A stretch of 56,392 nucleotides of DNA, counting the filler, from Diploschistes diacapsis (lineage: Eukaryota), in the NCBI GenBank assembly GCA_023645945.1. It is 5 parts of 5 records of this genome, joined end to end, with 100 filler letters (N's around TTAATTAATTAA, not from the genome) between each part and the next. Parts side by side here need not be neighbours in the genome. Positions count along the whole stretch, not along the records: positions 45,204 to 56,392 come from JALAIB010000853.1; 4 more parts are not named here. One strand, written 5' to 3'. Both the position numbers and the translations under genes were made by a program. Below the pieces are notes generated by a model. The model saw nothing but the letters and a program-made list of their open reading frames with translations, searched no databases and was not told the origin of the DNA. Each line of letters begins with the position of its first letter. Position 1 is the first letter of the stretch. This document shows, one piece after another, positions 45,204 through 56,392 of this stretch.

Positions 45204-48200
45204 CCCCCGATGCCCGCACCAGCACCGGCACCGGCCTTAACAACCGGCGCGCTCCTCGGGCTGAGCACCGAGTGCCTCCACTCGTCCCTCTCCCTTTCCC
45301 TTGCGCCCATCCGCCTCGCATGGCCGGCGCTGAACATCGTGCCGCCCGTGCTGGCATTCTCGTTGCCCGTCGAGGTCGCGGCTGGCGGGGCCCCCATTAC
45401 CGGCGACCCCCCGGTACCGCCGGCGCCGCCGTGCGAGACGTGGCGGGAGCGGGACGAAAAAGAAGTCGGGGGCGAGTTGGACGAGGCGCGGGGGCTGCGG
45501 CGGCGCCGGGGAGCGGAAGCGGCGTGATTGCTCAGCCCACTGGGCCCGGAGCCGGGCGAGGAGCGGCGGTGCAGCAGCTCGGATTTGACTTTCTGGATGT
45601 CCGATTTCGAGGCGTGTTTCCATTTGGCGCTTGACAGGGGGTTGTTGTTTTCCGAGTCCGAGGTCGGCGGCGTGGTTGTTGCGTTGGCGGCGGCGGCGGC
45701 GTTGTTCTCGTCGTTGGTGCCGCTGCTGCTGGAGAGGGCGAGCTTCGAGGTCGCGACGGTGAGGTCGGCAGTAAGAGGGGAGGATGAGGAGAGGTTGATG
45801 TTCTCGATCTTGTTCAGGGAGGCGCGGTTGCCGACTTTGCTGGGCTCGAGATCACGCAGGGGCTCGGAGCGCTCGGATTCGGAGGAGAGGCGCGTCATTC
45901 GTGGTGGAATGGGAGAACCGTTCGATTTTTTGGAGAGGAAGCCGGAGCGGAAGCGGTCGGATTTGGCGGGCTTAATGTCCAGGGAAGGCTCGGGTGGTGG
46001 GGGAAGGATGGGCGAGGAGTCCGTCTCGAGGCGGCCGTCGGGTGAGGAAGGTAGGAAGGAAGATGAGGGCGGGCCCATGGGGAAAGTCGCTTCTGCTGGG
46101 GCCATGTCCGGGGTCGAGTCGAGTTTCTGTGGCGTCTTGGCGTATTCCGCCAGCGTCCCATCCTCGGTGTCGTCTCGCCATCGGACGCCGCGCTTAACTT
46201 TGGCCGGTGATTTCTTCTTCGGGGTAAACGATACGCCCTTCTTGGCGCCGCCTAGCTTCCTCCTCTTTGGAGTGAGCCGCATGGGCGAGCCGGACATCGG
46301 TTGCTGCTCTTGGGCGATAAGTGGCTTGACGGTCTTCAAGGGTGTGCTATTGAACAAGCTGACTTGCTTCTTGCGCTTCGGCGTACCGCTCTTTGTTGGA
46401 GGGAACGATTCGATAGGAGCAATCTTCGCATTGGGCTGCACAATGTGGCTGGTCGTCTCCATGCTCGATTGGAAGATGCGGCTTAGGATGCGCTTAGCTG
46501 ATTGCACGGCTTCGTCTTCGTCCATGCTCATAAGGTGCTGCACAGCAGCCATTGTCTCGAAGTGAGCCTTGACGAGCACTTCAACCATCGCAGATTCGCT
46601 GCCCTTGTCTTGTTCCGCCACGGCGACCAGGGCTTCCCTTTCAGCGTTTGCTTTGAGCAGCTCCACTTCTCTATGCAGATTTGCCGAGTCTGCTCCCTCA
46701 ACTGTGCTGTCGAGCTCCTTGAGCTGACGGAGTCCGCTCTGTAGAGCCGAATCAATCGCTCGTTCCCAGTTGCTCTTCGACATCTTCTGGTGGTAATGGT
46801 GCCGACTATTCTCTAGTTCAAGAACGATCCCTTGTCCTGTTTTCCTCATTGCTACCAAATTTTGCAGTAACGAATCATCCTCTTGCGCATCCTGAACCTC
46901 ATCAAAGGCTGCGATCCACGCTGATATCATTGCAATCCTTCTCTCGATTTGCTTGAGTCTCTTCATATAGTTCAGCTTGTCCATACGCTCAGATGCCGAG
47001 TCGTCAAAGGCTTTCCTGATCCGAGTCACACCTTCTCTCGCAACCACGTCCTTCTTCTCGGTTTGCTTCCGGAACTTGGTAAAGGCAACGTTCTCGTGAT
47101 CTTTTAGCTTCTGCTTGAGCTCATCGATCTGAGCCCTCTGCTCATCGATCTTGACCAAGTAGTCCTTGACATGACGGTTGACGTTAAACACGTTTCTTGT
47201 AACCTTGGTCTGGATGTTCTTTGCTCTGTTTGCGTAGCGAAGCGTATTCTGAGTTTCATCAAAATGTGCGCTGGAAGGGCTGACGCAGACGATCATGACG
47301 GTCTTGCAGTTTCCGCCGAGCGAAAACTTCAGCAACCGAGTGAGTTTTGAGTTACGGTATGGGACGTGGTTCTTCTTCCTAGGATCACACAGAGCGTTGA
47401 TGCAGCTTCCAAGAGCCAATAACGACTTGTTGATGTTGGCGCCCTCGATCAGCCGCTCGCCCCGGTTCTTCGTCGCGCTGGCCCTTTCACTTCCAGCCAA
47501 GTCAATGATGCTCAAAGTGGCCATAGTGTGTGGCTCGTTGATATCGGCGTTACGGTCCTTCTGAGAAATGTTGATTTGCAGCACAGCATGCGATCGAGAG
47601 GAAGTTGCATTTGCTTCTGTAGGCGACATTGTCCGCAACTCATTTCCTCGTACAAGTATGTCCATGACTTCCTGTACGTTTTGTGGATGGTGGCTCGATA
47701 GCCCGCTAACAGAAACTGCTTGGTTCGCATCCTCGCGGAGCGCAAGCCCGTTTCTACCTGTACTATTGCTAGGAACGAGCAGGTCTCGAATAGTCTCGTT
47801 GTAGATCTCAAGGTACGACAATGAGATTTCCGAAACCTTCTCACTCGACGTCTCTCCTATTCTTTCAAATAGCTCCTGCATTGTCAAGAAAATTATGCCA
47901 GGATGTTGATGGGTTCCGGTAATAGTATGCGTCTTTCCACATCCTGTCGCGCCATATGCGAAAACAGTAGCGTTGTATCCGTCCAGTACGCTGTCGAGAA
48001 GTGTTTTGGTGGTTCCCTCGTAAACGTCTCCCTGGGTCGCATTCTCGTCAAAGACGGTGTCGAAGCCAAAGGTTTGGTCTTTGACTCGCCTGCCCTGCGG
48101 AAGGACTGCCCTGGAAAACTTCTGGATTGGATTGTCTTCAGGCGGATCGAATACTCTATTACCAGTCAGTGACTCTTTATCGGTGTCGGATGCGGTAAGG

Positions 48201-48454
48201 TCTCACAGGCACTTGTCATCCACGACTTTGATCACAGATCTGATTCCCTTTTGTATTAGCCTCGGTGGCGGAGCTCCTGCGAGCGAGCCTTCGCCGAGAA
48301 AGAGTGGTCCGTCTGCGGCATGAGATATTTGAGCAGCTTCTTTGATCTACAGAGAGATCAGTATATCTGCTTCCAACGCTTGCGCCAGCGGAGCACTTAC
48401 AGTGAATGGTCTAACACGAACACAAACGTTTATCGAGCTTGCACCGTCGGACAT
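45204..48454 (-). CDS. KIP3: Kinesin-8 motor (Kip3/KipB), 3'-truncated (exons 48454-48401, 48346-48207, 48155->45204)
   Basis: SSINVCVRVRPF, P-loop YGATGCGKT, NATSSRSHA, IIDLAGSER, GANINKSLLALG, HVPYRNSKLTRLLKFSLGGNCKT, THN-type 'ETQNTLRYANRAK'; two in-frame GT-AG introns. Confidence 0.93.
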
Positions 48455-49035
48455 GTTGTCCAGGAGATAGTCGTGAACGCTATCGTATCCAAGTCGAAGG
48501 ACTTCAAGCCGTTTGATCGATTATTCAAAAGCCTGTACTGCTAAGTAAACAGAAGCCCTGAAGCGAAAAAACTGCGCAGAGTTTCGTGAATGCGTCAAAA
48601 AACAGGTAATAATTCCCCCTTCTTTTTCAAAAGCTTTGCGAAGACGAAGATCCGAGATCTTCAACACCGAATAAACGACAGTTCAAGCTCGTGGACAAGA
48701 TAATCAGTTGGGAGGATATGCTTGTTGATTTGGACACTCGGCTACCCATCACGCTTGCGCGTCTGAGGTTAGCCTTGCCGGTTGCGGTGGTAACGATCTT
48801 TTTGGGTGTCATGTGATTGCTGTGGTTTTACTCCCCAAGGCTTCATGGGGAACAGTCATTTTCTACTCTTATTGAAAACGCATTTATTTCTATTAATGAA
48901 TGTAGTCAGTGTAGGCTAGATGTTCATTTAATAACGAATGTTGTTCTTGCTACTAACTCTGCATATCACTGGATACTTGTCAATTTGACGCTTCTCCCTG
49001 CTCCCCCTTTCTCCCCCTCAACCGGATACTGCCCA

Positions 49036-50503
<1,468 letters not shown>

Positions 50504-51599
50504 TCTGCAAAAGCGTACCGTCTTTCGAAGAGAATGATGCCTAGCAAGCATTAGCTAGCTATCTACTTAAAACTGCTATGCGGGAGCAGTTATTTCGTGA
50601 TAGTACAGCAGGATCGGATACTAGCAACAATTACAGCTTTGTGGCGAATGGCGGCGGGAAAAGCGGTGGTGGGTATGAAGAGCAAAACTGAATCGAGCAA
50701 TGAAGGAGGAATTTTGCGCTTTGACTCGTTGAGCTGATTAAATAGAAGTACAAACAGCGGGGAGGGGGAAGGGGAGGACTCTTGTCACACCTATCCGCTC
50801 GTTCGTCATCACAGACTGATACCGGTATCTACTGGAGGCACGACAATCACATCACAGTTAGGGTAGCTACTCACATATGTATCCATGTATGTATGTACAT
50901 GTGGCAAGATCGAGAGATATCTAACCTCCAGAGTTCGCTTGAGGCATTGACATGTCCCCATAGCTATGTAGAGATGCATCCTCTATCTTGTATCCAGAAC
51001 CTGTGTACCTACTCCCCCCCCCCTTTTTTTTTTTGACACAAAGGGTGGAAACCTCATGCTTTATATGAATACAAATCTTCCGGGCATTAGAACATCGTTC
51101 TCAAGTCCCTCAAGCTCCCTCTCCACTCTCCCCTCTTCCCCCTCTTCCTCCTCTCTGAGAACATCCCGTTGACCTTTGCCCCCACGGATTGTGCAGTCAC
51201 CTCAAGCTTCTGCCGGCAGCATTCCATGTTATTGTGCACGTCGTGCAACATGTGCGGCTTGCGAAGGCGCCCACCAAAAACCGGAATCGTAGTGCCTCGC
51301 ATGGCATGACGTATCGTGCAGTGCACGAAAGAGTACCAAGTCCAGACTACATAGACATCTTAAGCGTTCTTCCCAATCGGTAACATTCTGACAGATTCCC
51401 GATTGAGGATGGCCCTCTGCTCCGCGCTGTAACTCCGTGACGGTCTTGATAAGAAAGGAAAGTATGGTTGCTTGCTCCGTGATGTGGGGGTAGAATCTCT
51501 CATACCACAAGGCCATTATCGCCTGCAGTACCTGCTGTCAACGCAGCGTCAGGTACCAGGTCCAAGTCGATGTCCTTCTAGATGCCACGCCAGATCCTG

Positions 51600-54500
51600 T
51601 CAGTCCGCGGTAGCCGCTAAGATTTTGCCACTCCTTCTAGACTGTACCTCGCTACCGACGATTCCTCTGGCACGCTCTACGGCCTTGCTTTCGCCCACAG
51701 CCCATTCGTCCCTGACAACGTTCTTCTTCCCCTTACTCTTGTCCATTTCGATCCGTACTACAGTGGCTTCTCTCTGCGGACCCTCGACGCAGTCGTGACC
51801 GCAGCCAGCTACCGGACATGTTCCTTCACATACCTTCGTATCTGCAAACCACGACGCAAGGCATGGCGAATGTCCTCCGTGGCCGCAGCCTTGACACCAG
51901 GTCCAGAGCCTAGCGCTATCTATCTGGACCCTCGCATGCTGAGTTTTGACGTTTTTTGAATCGGCATACGTGGACCCGTCCATGTCCTCGCATATGGGAC
52001 ATGCACCCCATTGCTGCTGACACCGTCTGCAAATGCCTTGGACCTCACCTCCGACGGGCTTCCGGCAGTTGCGACAGTACCAATCTGCGACTCCCGGTCC
52101 ACTAAATTTGCTAGCAATAGGCGGGGAAGAGCGCTCACATGCGTTGCGCAGCTCAGCGGCCGATCCGTAGAGCTGCAGCGACAGGAGCTGTTGGTAGTAG
52201 CATGACAGATAAGACAGGGTCTGAGGCTCCGGAAACAGTGAAGGAAATAGAGTAGACAGATGCAGAGCAAGAAAGGAAGGCGTTTGAGAGTCCGCAAGCT
52301 TCTCAAGGTGAAAGTTTATCAGAGGAGGAAGAAGACAATAGATGTTCCAAGGAGGAAGATCTGCTTGGGCTTTCTCCGGTGGGGAGAAGAAATCTGATGC
52401 TTGGAACTCTGGTGGTAGAGGCTTTGCCTTGGATTCCGTAGCGGGCAAGGCGCCCTGAAGATGCATTCGAGGTTTTGGCAAACCCACCGGACGATTGATT
52501 GGAGGGAATCTTTGTGAACTTCTACCTTTTAATGGCCACGGCTTAGCTTCCGCCCGAGCTGACAGAGGCTGATCCAACTCGGACATCAAGCCCCGGCTAT
52601 GACTGCCTACGAGACTTGTATGCTGGGACATACTGCTTTGCGGAATCGACCTGCCAAGCTCCTCCGAAGACCCGGGAGGCACTAGTCTCTGCAGTTCCTC
52701 AAATGACCCAGGCATTGCAAACGAGCGCCTATCGCTCTCCACTGATGCGGAAAACATTTGGAAGCTTTCATCGGAATCATGTCGCTCGAGATGAGGCGCA
52801 ATAGGCAACGTCCGAGAAATGTCGAATGGCGAGTCCAAGTTCAAGATGGTTCGAGGCTTAGCCCGATAGTTGCTGATGGCAATTCTCCTAGCTTGCATCT
52901 CTGCTTCCATGTCAGAGAACTCTTTGACAGAGGTGGATGGCTTCGGCCCAATCAGGGACGGTTCCGCTTCTCGTTGCTGCTTTAGAGAGCGCGATTTTGA
53001 TGGTACCCCTTGGGAGTCAGATAAGTTTGGGGACAGCGCTGATTGGTCAGAAGAAGCTACAGTCTTGGTCCTGGTTTGAAAAGACCCCTTTGCATTCCAC
53101 CCACCCCCCAGAAATCGCAGCGTATCTGAAGCCTTAATGCCATCGGAGTCATCTGGACCCACTGGTAGTGGAGGCTGGTCTGTAACAGGTCTTGCAAGCG
53201 GAGTTGACACGTTCGAGTGGTTGTCCACATGAGGAAGGTATGCAGGATTCTTCCCTGCCACATGGCCGTTGGTTATCTTGCCCTGTGGCTCGCTTTGGCC
53301 CGTCGAAACTAGTTGCTTTGCCTCAAGGTTAATGCTGTTTCTGCTTAGCTTCGAATCCCGTGCTCTTCGCATCAGTTCCCGGTTCACGGCGTGACCGAGA
53401 ATGCGCCAGGACTGGGCCAGTCGATAGAGGCCTACGTCTTCGGCTAGTGAAGCATTAGACTCAAAAACCCATTTGAGCGTTTCATGGGGAGAATGATCTC
53501 CGTCGTCGAGCGTCTTGCGAGAGGGAAGTTTGTAGTTCCGCGCAAGGTAGCTGAATCCATCCGGGTCGAACAAGCCACGAACATGGCCGACAAAAGCTGA
53601 TTGTTCTGATTTGTAGGTCTCTAAAAATGGATTGCTGACCTTTTCTTGGATATCCACCGATGCATCTGTAGATTCTGCCACCGTGCTGGCGGTAAGCCGA
53701 GAGTTGTGCAGCTTCTCGCGTCTTTTCCTAAGCGCACTGTGGATGATGTTGGGTTCCTCCAAGCTCTCTTCGTTGGCGCTCTGGCTGCTACTGAATTTCT
53801 CATCGTTACTTCCACTGGTGTTTTGTTGCCGTGCGGAATCATCATGGGCAGTTTCAAACAAGACTCGACGCTGGGGCTTCTCGTTAAAGAATGCGCAGAT
53901 GGTTCCATCAGGAGCCAAGGCGAGAACGTTAGTGTTGTGCCTCTCGATCGGTCTTGGAGCGAAGTTCAAGTCGGTCTGGGTAAAAGCACCGGCAGAGCCC
54001 ACGGACCACAGGAGATTTTCGGTATGCCAAAGCATATCGGTGGCCGGCGTATCATACCTATCCAATTCCTGCGAAGGTATGTGAGGCCGCCTCAAGTCCC
54101 AGATATGGATGCGGGGATCTTTGGCGTCGTAGGATGTGGCAAGGAATGAAGAATCGTAATGCTTCAGGCCGTCCCCATCCACCGAAGCCGCACCGGGGCT
54201 CCATCTGAGTCTTCTCACAGTCTGAGGAGTGCGGAGCAGGGCCGAAGGTTTCATTCGACGGTCAGGGGATTTGAAATTCCAAATTTTGACAGCCTTATCC
54301 GCGCCTCCGCTTGCGAGGAAGCTGCCGGAGGGATGCCAGTCAATCGAACAGCAGATCCTATCGTGTGCGTTGAGCTTGACCAATGGCGCATTCTCTTTCC
54401 TGAAGTCCCATCGCTGAACTGTCCCGTTATCCGTCCCAACGGCAAACTCGACTCCATCGGAAGGCGACCATTTGAGATCGCGCACACCCTCGTTGTTGCC

Positions 54501-55317
54501 CGGAAACTTGTTTATGCTCCCGCAAGTCCGAACGCTCCTCTTATCCCCTAAAGCCCTCAAGTCCCACATGCGAATGGTCGCATCCTGACTGCCAGAGAGC
54601 AGTAGTGCTCCCTGGTGCGGATTGAAGGCGACCCGGTGGACTTGCCTTGTGTGTTCATGGAGTCTTGCTATTTCCACGCTCGGGGCATTCAGATCGTAGA
54701 TGACGATTCGGCCATTGGCGGCAGCGGTGGCAATCGTGGTATCGAATTTGCCGTGAGACCATTTCACGTCGTACGCAGACAGCTGATCTCTGTGCTGGGC
54801 CGATAGGGCATCACGAGAGCTACTGTGTGTAGATGCATAGGCGATGATCTTTGACCTGAGATTGAAATCCTCGGTACAGTCCGCATCTTCCACCCGTACT
54901 GTTTTGAGTATCTCGCCCCCCGCTAAAACCGCGTGCGAGTGGTATGGCGATATGTCGAGCGCGAGGATTTGGATCCCCGTCTTGTGGATTGCAGTTCTAG
55001 AGGACGACGGACTGTTCAATTTGTCAATGACTGTCGTCCAATACTGAGTTGGCCAGGCGGGGTGCCAAATGTTAGAAACATGATTACCTTGAACTCCTTG
55101 CGATCCGGGTTCGAAAACCAACCGACCTGCGATCTTTGCCTTCTCTATGACCCTGAGCGCTGGACGGGCGAGAAGCATACAAGAACGGTTGCGCAAGACG
55201 TGCTATCGCTGTCGCGGCACGCTGGCCGTACTTGTGTGGTGGTAATGGAGGGGCGGGAGGAGGCGGAGGAGGAGGCGGAGGAGCTTCACGCTCCTGTCGA
55301 GTGTGTGCTGAAGGCAT
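51600..55317 (-). CDS. RTC1: SEACAT/GATOR2 subunit Rtc1/Sea2 (WDR24 ortholog): WD40 repeats plus C-terminal RING (exons 55317-55088, 55011-51600)
   Basis: WD40 repeats (DVKWSHG, ARLHEHTRQVHRVAFNP, LLSGSQDATIRMWDLR, VRDLKWSP, IDWHP, IHIWDLRRPHIP), YRLAQSWRILG, C-terminal CxxC…CxxC…CPIC…WCQGCGHGGH..C..W…CP..GCGHDC; 5' exon and 76-bp intron inferred. Confidence 0.9.
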
Positions 55318-56392
55318 GGCAGGGTCATGGCGATTGGCCTGAAGGGGCAGTGGAACACACAGTCCGTGCCATACCGTGGGACGGCTCGAGGCCCGGCCTA
55401 AGCCTGCAGATGGATGCAAAGGGTCCCCGTCAAGGCGTCCAGGAATTGTGGTGGTGACTCGGCGCAAAATTGTGCTTGGCCTTGCATGAGGCGGGATGTA
55501 GTGAAGCCTTGCGCCAAAGTAAGGGGCCTGCTCACCTACCTACCTACCCACCTACCGCATAGAATAGCCATGAATTCTAAGCGCACAAGAATTACATCAG
55601 GTAAGATGGGTCAGATTGTTGCTAATACCGCAGAAGTCGAGCTTCACCGACAGTTGAGTTCAAGGGTTGGTAGTAGAGACAAGCTCAATAGGCACTAAAA
55701 GTAGTATATAATATAGTATAGTCTAATATAATAATATATAATATAATATATACAGTATGAAAGGTAGGAGAGCTACTTCTGGGTAGATAGGGTAGTATCG
55801 TACGGCGCAGGCCCGAGCAGGATTCTAAAGCCAAGTAAGGTAAGTAGGCTACATACTAAGTACCTAGTTGATACTTATTGCTCGCAACAGCCCAACACTT
55901 TAGCCTTTGGCCTTTGGCCTCTAGCTTTAGCCTTTAGGGAGATTCTCGCCGTCACAGACTCTGATAACTGATGGCTTCCTGGTGTTGTGGCTGAGCTGCG
56001 TGGCTAAGGCAAACACAGCATCATGGATGCCCAAGTACAAGGTAATGGGATCTTTGTACATCCACATTGTCTAATAGATGGTGTAGCCCCTTCCCCTGCT
56101 ACTGGCAAGTACTGGCCATCTAAAGCAAGCAGCAAGGCTCTGGCACTTTACAGCATTTGTCCGGCCAGAAGCCGAGCTCGAACTAGAGCTAGAACTAGAA
56201 CTTGGACTAGACGATATGCATATGCATATGCCGCAACCGATATGCACGATGCAACTGATGCAGGTTGAGCTTTTATATTATGCACATAAGCTGACATGGG
56301 CTTTCCTCGCATTAGACGAAACGTCAAATGAATTAACTCCCGTCGATTACCGATTACCGTTGAAGAAGAAGCATGATATGATGGGGGGGGAG

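Noticed and set aside
51087..51516. Small ORFs downstream of RTC1
   Set aside because: No domain or coding-like bias; likely 3' UTR/intergenic.
55898..55940. CCTTTAG/CCTTTGG heptamer run ending in TTTAGGG as a telomeric relic
   Set aside because: Unit is not TTAGGG/CCCTAA, is short and degenerate; simple tandem repeat like 28530-28550 and 56175-56210.

Overview
Eukaryotic (filamentous ascomycete, Pezizomycotina-type) genomic DNA with GT-AG introns. It is not one locus. Five contigs (1-11222, 11323-22517, 22618-33812, 33913-45103, 45204-56392; 11222/11195/11195/11191/11189 bp, i.e. sorted by size) are joined by artificial 100-nt N44-TTAATTAATTAA-N44 linkers, so gene order across linkers means nothing. 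Gene models rebuilt by hand include TACO1/YebC, a PAL-family MIO ammonia-lyase with atypical pocket residues, a small secreted protein, a multi-pass membrane protein, an ABHD12-like hydrolase and FAF1 (contig 1). Contig 2 has a Ser-rich orphan, a Cys-rich secreted peptide with an internal TGA, a 580-aa repeat-containing 2-TM protein, a CVNH lectin and a frameshifted Ctr copper transporter. Contig 3 has RXT3, an HSL-family lipase and TRP5; contig 4 an LRR protein, a coiled-coil protein, RPL13 and an RBR E3-ligase pseudogene; contig 5 kinesin-8, THI4 and RTC1/WDR24. Non-coding highlights: (i) a complete intronic TPP riboswitch upstream of THI4 with two alternative 5' splice sites, a uORF whose stop overlaps the THI4 ATG, a candidate anti-aptamer segment and a microsatellite-expanded P3; (ii) an unassigned dispersed hairpin element (CAATACTG-N8-CAGTATTG core) on two different contigs; (iii) a RIP-mutated PIF/Harbinger relic and other RIP-type AT-rich contig ends. 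Gene names come from motif recognition, not database searches. I see no firmly demonstrable novel multi-gene system; the best leads are the dispersed hairpin element, the atypical PAL and the riboswitch architecture.
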